A stretch of DNA of 64,000 nucleotides from Spirochaetia bacterium (GTDB lineage Bacteria; Spirochaetota; Spirochaetia; SZUA-6; Bin103). The translations under genes and the position numbers were made by a program. The notes under the pieces were generated by a model. It searched no databases. It saw only the letters and a list, made by a program, of their open reading frames with translations, and had not been told where the DNA came from. Positions within the stretch are counted from its first letter, which is position 1. Each line of letters begins with the position of its first letter. The stretch spans positions 2,112,001 through 2,176,000 of the forward strand of contig CBDAOI010000004.1 of NCBI GenBank assembly GCA_965198005.1, written 5' to 3'. Below are positions 1 to 10,844 of this stretch, piece after piece.

Positions 1-1
1 G

Positions 2-703
2 CGCATGAAGAACCAGTTGTACCGTACCGCGCTCGACATCCGCATCCGGCTCGATGACGCCAACGTGGCGGTGGCCACGCCGGACCGGCGGACGATTACC
101 CACGCCGACTTCTATGACGACGAGCGGGTCGAGCTGTCGCGGGTGCTGCTGCTCGAGCGTGCCGCGGGCGGCCGGGTGACGGCTCGGATCGATGCCGAGC
201 GGGCGCGCTGGGACGGCAGCCGCTGGATCCTCGAACACGTACGGCGGTTCACCTGGGACGACGACGGGCACGGGATCAACCAGGAGCGCTTCGACCGCTA
301 CCCGGACCCCGGGCTGCTCGATGAGCCGGACGTGTTCCGGCGCGAGCAGCGTGACGTGAACGAGATGCAATACCGTCACGCGCTGGAGTGGGTCCAGGCG
401 GTACGGGCCGCGGGGGGAGAGTACCGCGCCGCGCTGGCCAGGACCTACGGCAAGATCAGCTTTGCGTTTACGCCGCTGCTGGTAACGATAATCGCAGCCG
501 CGGTCGGCGGTCTGCTGCGCAAGAACGTGCTGTTGCTGAGCGTGCTGGCGGCGCTCGGACTGGCCGTGGTGTTCTTCGTGCTGCGCATGGTGGGGGAGAC
601 CCTGGCCCGCGTCGGCGTGGTGTCGCCCCCGGTCGGGGCATTCGCGGGGGTCGCGCTGTTCCTGGCAGTCGGCCTGGTCCTGCTGCAAGCGGCGCGCACC
701 TGA
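2..703 (+). CDS. LptF/LptG family LPS export permease, 5'-truncated by window edge
   Basis: Periplasmic segment (RIDAERARWDGSRWILEHV) followed by three C-terminal TM helices; lies upstream of tgt. Confidence 0.8.
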   Translation, partial: RMKNQLYRTALDIRIRLDDANVAVATPDRRTITHADFYDDERVELSRVLLLERAAGGRVTARIDAERARWDGSRWILEHVRRFTWDDDGHGINQERFDRYPDPGLLDEPDVFRREQRDVNEMQYRHALEWVQAVRAAGGEYRAALARTYGKISFAFTPLLVTIIAAAVGGLLRKNVLLLSVLAALGLAVVFFVLRMVGETLARVGVVSPPVGAFAGVALFLAVGLVLLQAART

Positions 704-714
704 AACCGATTGCC

Positions 715-1857
715 ATGCAGTTCACGGTTGACCGCACCGACCCGTCCAGCCGCGCGCGCACCGCCCGCCTGGTGCTGAACCACGGTGCCGTGCGGACGCC
801 GGTGTTCATGCCGGTGGCCACCCAGGCGTCGGTCAAGGCGGTCTGGCCGGAGGATCTCGAGGCCCTCGGCTACAACCTGATCCTGGGCAACTCCTACCAC
901 CTGCTGCTGCGTCCCGGCATGGACCGTATTCGCCGCGCGGGCGGACTGCATCGCTTCATGAGCTGGGACGGAAACATCCTCACCGACTCGGGCGGCTTTC
1001 AACTGTTCTCGCTCGCCACGCTGCGCCAGGTGCGGGCGGACGGCGTCCACTTTCGGTCTCACCTGGACGGCGCGCCGGTGTTTCTGACGCCGGCCGACGT
1101 GGTCGGCAACCAGCTCACTCTGGGCAGCGACATCCTCATGCCGCTGGACGTCTGTACCGCGCCCACCGTCGATCGCGGAGAAGCCGAGCGGGCGGTGGAG
1201 CTGACCTGGCGCTGGGCCGCGGCCGGCAGCGCGGCCTGGCGGGATGCCCTCCGAACGGACGCGATCCCACCGCTAGGGGCCCTGTTCGGCATTGTCCAGG
1301 GTCAGTTTCATCGCGACTTGCGCGCGCTGTCGGCAGAGCAGCTCATTGCACTGGACTTGCCGGGCTATGCGGCCGGTGGTCTTTCGGTCGGCGAGAGCCG
1401 CAGCCGGTTTCTCGAATTCCTGGCGCTGACGCTGGAGTTGCTGCCCGCGGACCGGCCCCGTTACGTGATGGGCATCGGCAGCCCGGACTACCTGCTCGAG
1501 GCGGTGGCCGCCGGCGCGGACATGTTCGATTGCGTATATCCGACGCGGGTGGCCCGCAACGCGCAGGCCCTGACCCGCCGGGGGCCGGTCTCGCTGCGCG
1601 CCGCGGCGGTCGCCGACAGCGACGACCCGCTGGACGGTGCATGCCGCTGCCGGGTGTGCGCGCGCTACGCCCGCGGCTACCTGCGGCACCTGTTCAACCA
1701 GCGCGAGATCATGGCTGCCGTGCTCACTACCTACCACAACCTGGCCTTCATGGCGGAGCTGGTGGCGGACACCCGGCGCGCCATACGCAGCGGTACGTTC
1801 GGGTCGTTCCGGGACCGATTTCTGGCGGCCTACTGCGCACGGGACGACGGTGGCTGA
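715..1857 (+). CDS. tgt: tRNA-guanine(34) transglycosylase
   Basis: TPVFMPVAT, TDSGGFQ, DMFDCVYPTR and CRCRVC zinc motifs; start reassigned to ATG 715. Confidence 0.96.
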   Translation: MQFTVDRTDPSSRARTARLVLNHGAVRTPVFMPVATQASVKAVWPEDLEALGYNLILGNSYHLLLRPGMDRIRRAGGLHRFMSWDGNILTDSGGFQLFSLATLRQVRADGVHFRSHLDGAPVFLTPADVVGNQLTLGSDILMPLDVCTAPTVDRGEAERAVELTWRWAAAGSAAWRDALRTDAIPPLGALFGIVQGQFHRDLRALSAEQLIALDLPGYAAGGLSVGESRSRFLEFLALTLELLPADRPRYVMGIGSPDYLLEAVAAGADMFDCVYPTRVARNAQALTRRGPVSLRAAAVADSDDPLDGACRCRVCARYARGYLRHLFNQREIMAAVLTTYHNLAFMAELVADTRRAIRSGTFGSFRDRFLAAYCARDDGG

Positions 1858-3436
1858 GCACCCCGAGTCGGGAGGCGGCCCCCGGCGCGCCGCGTTCCTG
1901 CTGATGCTGTGCACCACCGGATCGCGGCTGCTCGGGTTCGTGCGGGTGGCGGTGATCGGTGCCGTATTCGGGGCCTCGGGCACCGCCGACGTCCTCAACG
2001 CCGTGTTCATGATTCCCAACAATCTGCGCAAGCTGTTGGCCGAAGGTGCGTTCTCGTCCGCCATGATTCCCGAGCTGGCGCGTACGCTGGAGACCGCACC
2101 GGATGCGCCGTCGGGCGGTGACGCGCGCTCCCTGGTGCGGCGTCTGGTGACCCTGTTGCTGCTGGTCGTGGTGCCGGTGGTGGTGCTGGCGGTGGTGCTG
2201 GCCGGGCCGGTGGTCGAGCTGGTGCTGGAGTTCCCGGAACCGTGGAAGATGGCGCTGGCGGCGGAACTGTTCCGGGCCGTGTTTCCCTACCTGCTGCTGG
2301 TGAGCCTGGGCGCGGTGCTCATGGCCACGCTCAACTGCCACGAGGTGTTCGTGATGCCCGCGCTGGCGCCGCTGTTGTTCTCGGTCAGCGTGGTCGCCGC
2401 GATCCTGCTGTTCCACCGCCAGTGGGGGCTGCTGGCCGCCGGGGTGGGAATCCTGGCCGGCGGGATCGGCGGCGTCCTGGGGCAGCTGCCGGTGTTCTTG
2501 CGCCGCGGCTACGATCTGCGACCCGACTTCCGCTGGTGGTCGGACCCGCGCGTGCGCCGCATCGTGCGCCAGTGGATACCGGTGGTGGCGTCCGCTTCGC
2601 TGTTTGCAATCGCGCAGCAGATAGCGTTGTTGCTCGCTTCGGGGTTGGAGGACGGCAGCGCCTCGGCGCTCGCCAACGCGCTCGTATTCTGGCAACTTCC
2701 GTTCGGGATTCTCTCGGCCTCGGTGGTCACCGCTCATTTCCCGCGCATGAGCCGGAATGCCGCAGCCGGCGACCGCGCCGCCTTGAGTGACACCTTCGTC
2801 GGCGGCCTGAAGCTGATTGTCGCGTTGCTGCTGCCACCGGCTCTGTTCTACCTGTTCTTCGGCAAACCGGTAATCCAGGTGGCGCTCGAACGGATGACCT
2901 TCGCCGCCGCGGGAACCGCGTTGGCCAGTCGCGTGCTCAGCGGCTACGCGCTCGGTCTGGTAAGCGTCGGCGTGTTCACCTTCGGGCAACGCTACTTCTT
3001 CGCCACCCGCGACTACCGCACACCCGCGCTGATCGCGCTGGTGGTGGTGGCGATCGACATTCCCCTGGCGCTGACCCTGAAGGAGACGCCGCTGCGCGTC
3101 GCCGGGCTGGCGGTGGCCAATTCCGTCGCCTTTTCGGTGGGCGCGGCCCTGCTGCTAGCTCTCGCGTGGCGCCGCATCAGGCCGCGGCAGCGCCGGTCGG
3201 ATAGGCGGCGGGCGTTGGTCTACGTCGGGCGGGTGGCCGCGGTCAACACCGCGCTCGCAGCGTTTCTCTGGCTCGCCGCCGCGCTTGCGCGCCCGTGGTG
3301 GCAGCCGGCCAGCACCTGGCGCAATCTTGCCCTGCTCGCCGTCGTCGGCACCATCGCCGCCGCCATCACCCTGGCCGGCTACCGCCGGTTGACCGTGACC
3401 GGCGGCTCCAAGCCCGGCGCGCGGCGCCGAACCTGA
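1850..3436 (+). CDS. murJ: Lipid II flippase MurJ (MviN)
   Basis: SRLLGFVR, IPNNLRKLLAEGAFS, QLPFGI motifs, many TM helices; GTG start overlaps tgt stop. Confidence 0.93.
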   Translation: MAEHPESGGGPRRAAFLLMLCTTGSRLLGFVRVAVIGAVFGASGTADVLNAVFMIPNNLRKLLAEGAFSSAMIPELARTLETAPDAPSGGDARSLVRRLVTLLLLVVVPVVVLAVVLAGPVVELVLEFPEPWKMALAAELFRAVFPYLLLVSLGAVLMATLNCHEVFVMPALAPLLFSVSVVAAILLFHRQWGLLAAGVGILAGGIGGVLGQLPVFLRRGYDLRPDFRWWSDPRVRRIVRQWIPVVASASLFAIAQQIALLLASGLEDGSASALANALVFWQLPFGILSASVVTAHFPRMSRNAAAGDRAALSDTFVGGLKLIVALLLPPALFYLFFGKPVIQVALERMTFAAAGTALASRVLSGYALGLVSVGVFTFGQRYFFATRDYRTPALIALVVVAIDIPLALTLKETPLRVAGLAVANSVAFSVGAALLLALAWRRIRPRQRRSDRRRALVYVGRVAAVNTALAAFLWLAAALARPWWQPASTWRNLALLAVVGTIAAAITLAGYRRLTVTGGSKPGARRRT

Positions 3437-3437
3437 A

Positions 3438-6137
3438 TCATGCGGTGACCGTTTCGAGCCCTGCCACTTTGCCAATGCGATCGATGCGATAGTGAAAGTC
3501 CTTTTTGTTGATCGTGAACTGGAGCTCGTCGTTGGTACGGTGATCCCACAATTCCGCCCCGAGCGGCGACAGATAGGAAATGACGTGCCGCTCCGGATTG
3601 GACTCCCAGGGCCCGAGAATGACATATTCCTCCGCCGCGTTGCTGTCGATATTGGTCAAGGTCACGCGGGTCCCGAACGAGATCCGCGAGGCGTTTACCT
3701 CTGACAGGTCGAAGATCTGAGCATTCTGCAGGTCCTCCTGGAGACGTGAGACGGCATTCTTCAAATGCTCCTGCTTCTCCAGTGCCGCCTTGTACTCGGC
3801 GTTCTCACGCAGGTCTCCCTGTTGCAGCGCCAACCCGATTTCCTTCGAATTCTCGGGAATATCCACCTCCAGAAGGTGACGCAGTTCCCGCTGTCGTTCC
3901 TCGTATCCCATGCGCGTTACCAGCAATCCCATTCGTACCGAGTGGTGTTCGGCTTCTTCCGCAAACTGATAGGCGGGGAACTTCTCCTTGATCCGCTGTC
4001 GGACGCGGATCTTGATAGACGGATCAAGCTCCTTGACATCCTCCACCAAAGTGTAGATCCGCGTGATCGACTCTTCGTTGGCGTCTGCGATGAAACTCGT
4101 GAGACGGGCTTCCTTGAACAGATAGTCGAAAATCTGACGATTCAGCTTACGATTGACCGCAACCTCGCGCTTGTTGCTGATGTCCCGGTAGGTCAGGTCG
4201 AGCAGATGAATCATTCCGATCATCACCTTCTCTTCCTTGACACTCTGACTCTTCAGCAAGCGACTGTCCACGTCGTTGCGCACCAGCCACACGAACGGCT
4301 GCCGATGGTCCCGATAGTCATCGACAATGCCGGAGATCAGATTGCCGATTACGTCCGCCTGTCCCGCCCCGTGCAGCTCGTCGATAAGGTGGCTCGCGGG
4401 CCGGAACAGGAAGACCCGGGCGAATACCTGCGGCCACGCCGGAATCTCCGCACGCACATGGCCCAGGAACTCTGCCGCCAAGCCGGCCGCTTCGAGCGTC
4501 TCGTATACCTGTTCGAAGTCCTCGATCTCGCCGAACAGAGGTTCGAACATCAGGCGTACCCCGGGGTCGAGAAAGGGATACCTGCGCATGAGGCGCTCGA
4601 CAATCAGGAAGCTCGCGAGCGTGTTCTCGATCTGCCCGGTCGAGGCTTTCAGAAACCCGGCGAAGTACTGGAACATCTCCGCCAGGTACTCGGAGTCGGG
4701 TTGGGCGTGACTCAGAAAGTCATCGAGAGTTTGAATGCGATCGAAGAACGTCGGGTCCGAGCGAAACTTGTTGAATGTCTTCTCCTCGAACGAAATCGGG
4801 CTGTCTCGGACCGTGTACTCCTCGGACTTTCCTCCGCGCGTGCCGAACGACGGGTCCGTCTTCAATATCCGACGGGCCGTGGTGCTCCATTTCGACCATT
4901 CGTTCTGGCTGAGAATGCGCGGGGTCAGCTCGGCCTTGACGCGCTTCATGTCGGCCGCATTACCCAAGCTCTTGATCACTATCCGCAAAGCCCACGCGGG
5001 GTCTTCCTTGACCCGTGCCGTGAGCTTGTGCCGCGGCACAGTCGCTCGCAGCACCCAGATATGTTCGTTGCCGAGGATGTTGAGCGCGCTCACCGCCATT
5101 TTCAGCGACATGCGATGGTTTCGTTTCTTGAGGAAATCAATGACGAACACATCGTCCTTGATCTCCTTTATCCGGCCTAGTCCCCACGACCGGTGGAATA
5201 CGTAGTTCCCGACGTCGAAGCTGATGTGCTTTTCGAAGTCGGAGATCGCATCATACACATTGCGCCATGACTGAGTGAGGTTGGAAATCTTGACGTACTC
5301 GTCGAGATGGCTATGGCCCGCGTAGCGCTTGGTGTAAGCCGCCACCAACTCGGACCGGGCTCCGTTGTTCTTCGGATCGTGACTCAAGATCCGCTTGAGA
5401 ATGACGATTGACGAATCCCAAGCTTCTCGTTCGCTGTAGTAGGGGTAGAGCGCCTCGAGCAGAGTGACCGCCCGAACTCCGCCCAGGGCACGAACCGCCT
5501 TGGCTTCGACCTGGAGCAATCCCTCGAGATCCTCGTGCTGAAACTCTATCACCTTGTCCCACATCAGCCTGACCTGAGAGAACTGGCGGCGATTTATGTA
5601 ACGATGAAGCGCCTTCTTGTGGTAGATCAAGGCGCCATCCAGGTCGCCCTCCTGATAGCGCTTCTCGGCCAGCGCCTTGACCGTGTCCGCGTCCTCGAAG
5701 TCGACCTTGATCAGCCGCTCCCAGACGTCGAACTGGCGCTCGGGCTCATCCTTCTTGGCGTAGGTGTCGGCCAGGGTACGGAGGGCGAACTTGTTTTCGC
5801 CGTAGCTCAGGATCCGTTCACACAGGTGTTGGACGATGTTCCAGCGCTCGTGTTCGATGAACATGTTGACCAGCACTATCAGATTGGAATCGTCCACCAA
5901 CCGCCTGCCGAGGGCGATGATGCCGGACAGATACAGGGCGATGATGCTGTCACGGCTCGCCTCGAGGTGACCGTCACACAAGCGCAGCACTTCGTTCTGA
6001 ACGCCCGCCTCGGTTACCTCTTCGATGGCCGCGTCCAGCAACTCGAAACTAGAAATGGAGTGCTCGGAGCGGGCCGCCCGGGTCCACTTTTCCTCGTTGA
6101 GGTATTCGTTGATACGACTCAGGATCTGCTCTGACAT
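3438..6137 (-). CDS. greA: Transcription elongation factor GreA, long spirochaete form
   Basis: C-terminal GDLRENAEYKAA and ISYLSPLG motifs after a long helical/TPR-like N-terminus; GAGGA RBS. Confidence 0.93.
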   Translation of the reverse strand: MSEQILSRINEYLNEEKWTRAARSEHSISSFELLDAAIEEVTEAGVQNEVLRLCDGHLEASRDSIIALYLSGIIALGRRLVDDSNLIVLVNMFIEHERWNIVQHLCERILSYGENKFALRTLADTYAKKDEPERQFDVWERLIKVDFEDADTVKALAEKRYQEGDLDGALIYHKKALHRYINRRQFSQVRLMWDKVIEFQHEDLEGLLQVEAKAVRALGGVRAVTLLEALYPYYSEREAWDSSIVILKRILSHDPKNNGARSELVAAYTKRYAGHSHLDEYVKISNLTQSWRNVYDAISDFEKHISFDVGNYVFHRSWGLGRIKEIKDDVFVIDFLKKRNHRMSLKMAVSALNILGNEHIWVLRATVPRHKLTARVKEDPAWALRIVIKSLGNAADMKRVKAELTPRILSQNEWSKWSTTARRILKTDPSFGTRGGKSEEYTVRDSPISFEEKTFNKFRSDPTFFDRIQTLDDFLSHAQPDSEYLAEMFQYFAGFLKASTGQIENTLASFLIVERLMRRYPFLDPGVRLMFEPLFGEIEDFEQVYETLEAAGLAAEFLGHVRAEIPAWPQVFARVFLFRPASHLIDELHGAGQADVIGNLISGIVDDYRDHRQPFVWLVRNDVDSRLLKSQSVKEEKVMIGMIHLLDLTYRDISNKREVAVNRKLNRQIFDYLFKEARLTSFIADANEESITRIYTLVEDVKELDPSIKIRVRQRIKEKFPAYQFAEEAEHHSVRMGLLVTRMGYEERQRELRHLLEVDIPENSKEIGLALQQGDLRENAEYKAALEKQEHLKNAVSRLQEDLQNAQIFDLSEVNASRISFGTRVTLTNIDSNAAEEYVILGPWESNPERHVISYLSPLGAELWDHRTNDELQFTINKKDFHYRIDRIGKVAGLETVTA

Positions 6138-6210
6138 TTTTCCTCATTAACTCCCACGGATGTCCTCCACCAGTGACCTGGGGTCGCCAGGGTCGTCGCT
6201 GTGCGTAGTT

Positions 6211-7233
6211 TCAGGCGACGAATCGCCGGTAGACACGAAGGTCCAACGCCTTAAGCCGGAGAAGCACGTCGTCCACCTTGGACTGTTCTTCCCTGGTGGC
6301 GACGTAGTGGTCGATCAACCAGAAGTAGCGATTGATCAGCCGCGGGACCAACGCCGCCGGCGCGACGTCCTCATCCGGCGCCGACAGAATAATCCCCTCA
6401 CCGGTGGCGCTCAGGCCAAGTGACTGTTCCAACTCGAAGATCGACTGCCGCAGCCGTCCATACTCGAGCGGCCTGAGCACTCGTTTGATGCTGAACGCTT
6501 CCATCAGTGTACCATATACCGGTATCCACTCGCAAATGTCGTCAGTCACGCCGCTGCGCTTCACTTCCGCCACCAGCCCCTTGATCAGCGGCGACTCCAG
6601 CCGCTCGACCGGTATCTGCGCCGGGCCAAGGTAGAACGCCTCGCGGAAGAACAGCTTGGCGGCGCGGGTCTCGTCGATCAGCGAGTAGCAGTCGGCCAGC
6701 TCGGCCAGCAGCGGCGGCCAGTTCCGGTCCCGGGCGTTCGCCTGCTCCAGATAGTCGATGGCGTTGGCGAAGTCACCGACCGCCTTGCAGCAGTACCCGA
6801 CCTGCACCAGATAGCGGGTGTAGGCGCTCGGCCGGGAAGAGTAGGGCGGCCCGGCCTCCGCCACGCCTGGCGACCGGTCCTGCAGCAGGTCGGACAACGC
6901 CGTCGCGTGCACGAAGTACTTGATCTCCTGAAAACACCTCTCCGGCAACTCCTCGATCCGTTCGGCGAAACTGCGGAAGGTGGCCCACTGGTCGAGCAGG
7001 TAGGCGGCGCGTTCGCTGCCGGCGCCCACCTCGGTGGCGCGCTGCTGGCGCTCGGTCCAGAAGCGAACTCCTTTGAGGGACGCCGTTATCCCCTGGTATT
7101 CGACGTCCAGTTCCAGGGCGCGCTCCAGCAACTCGGACGCCGCCTCGAACTGGCCGGCGCGCAGCCGTCCGTAGGCGCTGTTGACCAGATGCGCAATGTC
7201 GTTCTCTTTGAACGTGAGTTGAGGGTCGGTCAT
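6211..7233 (-). CDS. TPR-containing hypothetical protein upstream of greA
   Basis: TPR-like helices (GYCCKAVGDFANAIDYLEQA); start moved to ATG 7233. Confidence 0.8.
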   Translation of the reverse strand: MTDPQLTFKENDIAHLVNSAYGRLRAGQFEAASELLERALELDVEYQGITASLKGVRFWTERQQRATEVGAGSERAAYLLDQWATFRSFAERIEELPERCFQEIKYFVHATALSDLLQDRSPGVAEAGPPYSSRPSAYTRYLVQVGYCCKAVGDFANAIDYLEQANARDRNWPPLLAELADCYSLIDETRAAKLFFREAFYLGPAQIPVERLESPLIKGLVAEVKRSGVTDDICEWIPVYGTLMEAFSIKRVLRPLEYGRLRQSIFELEQSLGLSATGEGIILSAPDEDVAPAALVPRLINRYFWLIDHYVATREEQSKVDDVLLRLKALDLRVYRRFVA

Positions 7234-7330
7234 GTAGGGATGGCGTTGCCCTATGGTACACCGCAGCCGCGCCCTCGTCAAACGCGGCGCGGGTGACGCG
7301 GCGCACGTTCCGTGATGTAATCCCGGAACC

Positions 7331-8065
7331 ATGAGTATCACGCAGCGGCTGCTTCGGCCCGGCGCCGGCGGCGGCCGGCAGGTGGTGGTGGCTCCCTCGG
7401 TGCTGGCGGCGGACGGCGCGGCGCTCGGCAGTGCCGTGGCCGTCGCGGAGCGCGCCGGCGCCGACTGGATCCACCTCGACGTGATGGACGGGGTGTTCGT
7501 GCCGCCCATCACCTTCGGCGCCCAGACCGTTGCGGCGTTGCGCGCCCGTACGGAACTGCCGCTCGACGTCCACCTGATGACGGTTCATCCGGAGCGCCAC
7601 GTCGCGGCCTGCGCGGAGGCGGGAGCGGACGTGATTACGGTGCACCTGGAGGCGTCGACCCACGTCCACCGCACCCTGGAGGCGATCCGTACGGCCGGCG
7701 CCGCCGCCGGGCTGGCGCTGGTCCCGTCCACCCCGGCCGGCTGGATCGCGGAGGTGATGGAAGAGGTGGACCTGGTTCTGGTAATGACCGTCGATCCCGG
7801 CTACGGGGGGCAGCGGCTCATTCCCCGCTGTCTCGACAAGGTGCGCCGGGTGGCGGCTGCGCGCGCTCAGGCCGACGCCGGGTTCCTGATCGAGGTGGAT
7901 GGCGGGATCACCCGGGACACGGCGGCCGCGGCGCTCGGCGCCGGAGCGGACGTGCTGGTGGTGGGGAGCGCGTTCTTCGGCGCCGACGGTGAGGCGGCAC
8001 GTTCGAATCTGATTACCCGGCTGCGTACCGCACGCGAGCCGGCCGCGGCGGTCGATCGCCCCTGA
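7331..8065 (+). CDS. rpe: Ribulose-phosphate 3-epimerase
   Basis: [40 protein letters not shown]. Confidence 0.96.
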   Translation: MSITQRLLRPGAGGGRQVVVAPSVLAADGAALGSAVAVAERAGADWIHLDVMDGVFVPPITFGAQTVAALRARTELPLDVHLMTVHPERHVAACAEAGADVITVHLEASTHVHRTLEAIRTAGAAAGLALVPSTPAGWIAEVMEEVDLVLVMTVDPGYGGQRLIPRCLDKVRRVAAARAQADAGFLIEVDGGITRDTAAAALGAGADVLVVGSAFFGADGEAARSNLITRLRTAREPAAAVDRP

Positions 8066-8523
8066 TGCGCGCGGTGGTGCAGCGTGTCAGGCGCTGCGAA
8101 GTGCGGGTCGAGTCGCCGGAGCAGCCGTATCGGGCGGCGATAGGACCGGGACTGCTGGCCTACCTCGGAGTGTCCGTGGACGACACCGATGCCGACGTCG
8201 CCTACCTCGCCAACAAGATCAGCGGACTGAGGATCTTTTCCGACGCGGCCGGCCGCATGGAGCGCTCGGTGGTGGATTGCGGCGGCGAGGTGATGGTGGT
8301 GTCCCAGTTCACGTTGTACGGCGACGTCCGGCGCGGGCGCCGCCCGGGGTACACACGAGCCGCGCCCCCGGCGATCGCCGTGGCGCTCTACGAACGCCTG
8401 ATCGGCCGGCTGCGGGAGCGCGGGCTGGTCGTCAAGGGCGGCAGATTCCGCGCCACCATGCAGGTGGACGCGGTCAACGACGGTCCGGTAACCATCCTGC
8501 TCGACTCCGAGCGCATTTTTTGA
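8065..8523 (+). CDS. dtd: D-aminoacyl-tRNA deacylase
   Basis: [19 protein letters not shown]. Confidence 0.96.
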   Translation: MRAVVQRVRRCEVRVESPEQPYRAAIGPGLLAYLGVSVDDTDADVAYLANKISGLRIFSDAAGRMERSVVDCGGEVMVVSQFTLYGDVRRGRRPGYTRAAPPAIAVALYERLIGRLRERGLVVKGGRFRATMQVDAVNDGPVTILLDSERIF

Positions 8524-8534
8524 CCCGCTGCGGC

Positions 8535-8571
8535 CGCTAGGAGTCTGTCGGATTGCGACAGACTCCTAGCG
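8535..8571. repeat. Perfect 16-bp inverted repeat; member of a dispersed mini-element family
   Basis: CGCTAGGAGTCTGTCG-gattg-CGACAGACTCCTAGCG; related copies at 52179 and 52242. Confidence 0.85.
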
Positions 8572-8741
8572 TTCGGACGGGATGGGCCAAGAGCGTCGCC
8601 CCGGGCGGCGGTTTTGGGGCGCTAACCGTGCGGCGCGCAAGCGCGAGCGACGGGCGGGCGTTGTACCGGTAAACTACCATCCGCCGTAGCATGCGGCTGT
8701 CGGGAGACAGCCGGTGGTGGTCGGCGCGAGGAGGGGGAGAC

Positions 8742-9848
8742 ATGACCAATCGAACGAATGGAAAGTCCGGCGAGCCCGAGTTTTCGGTACGGCTGGACTC
8801 CGAACGGCTGAAGGCGCTCGACGCGGCGCGGCTCCAGATCGAAAAACAGTTCGGCAAGGGATCCATCATGCAGCTCGGAACGTCCGCCGAGCGCGCCGAC
8901 ATCAGGATCGTGCCCTCGGGATCGGTCCTGCTGGATGCCGCGATGGGGGTCGGGGGCTACCCGCGCGGACGCATCACCGAGATCTATGGGCCGGAGTCGT
9001 CGGGCAAGACCACGCTGGCGCTGCACGCTATCGCGGAGGCGCAGCAGCTCGGTGGCATTGCGGCCTTCATCGATGCCGAGCATGCGCTCGACCCGACCTA
9101 CGCGCAGCAGCTCGGGGTCGATATCGACGACCTCTGGGTGGCGCAACCGGATCACGGCGAGCAGGCGCTCGAGATCGTGGAGTCGTTGATCCGATCGGGG
9201 GCGATGGACGTGATCGTCGTCGACTCGGTGGCGGCCCTCACGCCGCGCGCGGAGATCGAGGGGGACATGGGCGATTCGCACATGGGGCTGCAGGCGCGGC
9301 TCATGAGCCAGGCCTTGCGCAAGCTCACTGCCACGATTGCGAAATCGGGTACCTGCCTCATCTTCATCAATCAGATCAGAATGAAAATCGGGGTGATGTT
9401 CGGCAATCCGGAGACTACCACCGGCGGCAACGCGCTGAAGTTCTACTCCACCATTCGCATCGAGGTGCGCAAGATCGAGACCATAACCAAGGGGACCGAC
9501 AATCCGCTGGGGAATCGGGTCCGGGTCCGCGTCGTCAAGAACAAGGTCGCGCCGCCGTTCCACAAGGTGGAACTGGAGATCATGTTCGGCAAAGGCGTTT
9601 CGGCCAGCGCAAGCCTGGTGGACGCCGCGGTCCAACATGGAATCATCGAGAAGAGCGGCACCTGGTACTCCTACGGCACGGAACGGATCGGCCAGGGGCG
9701 TGAGAACGCCAAACGGTTCCTCGACGAGAATGAAGCGATTCGCGGGCAGATCGACAGCCGCGTGCGGGCAGTGCTGTTTCCAGGAGCCGCCACCCGCGCG
9801 GCGGCGGTAGCTGCCGCGGACGGTGGGGCGGCCGGCACGGTCGGCTGA
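8742..9848 (+). CDS. recA: Recombinase RecA
   Basis: [55 protein letters not shown] before ATG 8742. Confidence 0.98.
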   Translation: MTNRTNGKSGEPEFSVRLDSERLKALDAARLQIEKQFGKGSIMQLGTSAERADIRIVPSGSVLLDAAMGVGGYPRGRITEIYGPESSGKTTLALHAIAEAQQLGGIAAFIDAEHALDPTYAQQLGVDIDDLWVAQPDHGEQALEIVESLIRSGAMDVIVVDSVAALTPRAEIEGDMGDSHMGLQARLMSQALRKLTATIAKSGTCLIFINQIRMKIGVMFGNPETTTGGNALKFYSTIRIEVRKIETITKGTDNPLGNRVRVRVVKNKVAPPFHKVELEIMFGKGVSASASLVDAAVQHGIIEKSGTWYSYGTERIGQGRENAKRFLDENEAIRGQIDSRVRAVLFPGAATRAAAVAAADGGAAGTVG

Positions 9849-9944
9849 GGAGGTCCCGCCGCCGCGCGGCCGACGGGATGGCGCCTGCAACGACGAGCTA
9901 CCACAAGCCGGGAAACGACGCTACAATCGGACGCGGAGATTGCA

Positions 9945-10844
9945 ATGCCGGCTCCGCACAGCCACGTCAACGGACAATCGTCCCTTGAGTTCGCGCCGTC
10001 CGCCGGGGATGCTTCCGATCCGGCAGCCGGCGCGCGGTTCCGGGTTGACGGCGCGCGGTTTCGTCTTGACCAATTCGAGGGACCGCTCGACCTGCTCCTG
10101 CACCTGATCCAGCGCGCGGAAGTCAACATCTACGACATTCCGATCGCGGCCATCACCACCCAGTACCTGGAGTATCTGGCAGCCGCCGGCGCGCCCGATC
10201 CGAACGGGGAGAGTCCCGCGACCGCGGCCAACGGCACCGCGGACGCGGCCGCAGCCCCGGCCGAACGGCTGGAGGAGTTGACCCGGTTCCAGGTCATGGC
10301 GGCCACGCTGCTGCACGTCAAGTCACGCATGCTGTTGCCGCTGCCGTACTCCACGGACGAGCCGTACGAGGACCCCCGGCAGGAGCTGGTCGAACGGTTG
10401 CTGGAGTACCAACGCTTCAAGCGGCTCAGCGACATACTGTCCGAGCAACAGCGCACCGCGCAATGGATCATTACCCGCACCGAGCCGCGGGTCCCTCCCG
10501 CACTCGAGGAGCAGGCCGACTCGAATGGGCACGGTACCCGGCTGTCTCCCGATGAGCTGCTGCGATACTTCCGCGAGATCGTGGCCGCCATCGGCAGCGA
10601 GCAACTGACCAGTCTGTACGAAGAATTCACCGTCAATCAGAAAATCGCGCTCGTGCATGAGCGTCTGCAAATCACCCGAGCGTTCGCGTTCACGGAGCTG
10701 GTGGGCAGCGGCTCCGCGCTCGAGATCATCTGTGCGTTCTGGGCGGTGTTGGAATTGGCGAAGAATCAGACGATCGTCGTGCTCCAGCGCCAGCCGTTTG
10801 CCGACATTACCGTGCAGCGGCGGCGTGCGGTCGAGGCAGTGTGA
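9945..10844 (+). CDS. scpA: Segregation/condensation protein A
   Basis: FEGPLDLLLHLI, KSRMLLP, DPRQELVERLLEY. Confidence 0.94.
   Translation: MPAPHSHVNGQSSLEFAPSAGDASDPAAGARFRVDGARFRLDQFEGPLDLLLHLIQRAEVNIYDIPIAAITTQYLEYLAAAGAPDPNGESPATAANGTADAAAAPAERLEELTRFQVMAATLLHVKSRMLLPLPYSTDEPYEDPRQELVERLLEYQRFKRLSDILSEQQRTAQWIITRTEPRVPPALEEQADSNGHGTRLSPDELLRYFREIVAAIGSEQLTSLYEEFTVNQKIALVHERLQITRAFAFTELVGSGSALEIICAFWAVLELAKNQTIVVLQRQPFADITVQRRRAVEAV

Noticed and set aside
3438-6137. 899-aa GreA as a novel fusion
   Set aside because: Long GreA with an N-terminal extension is already known in spirochaetes and chlamydiae
8571-8741. LexA/SOS box upstream of recA or the SRAP gene
   Set aside because: No recognisable LexA palindrome shared by the two regions
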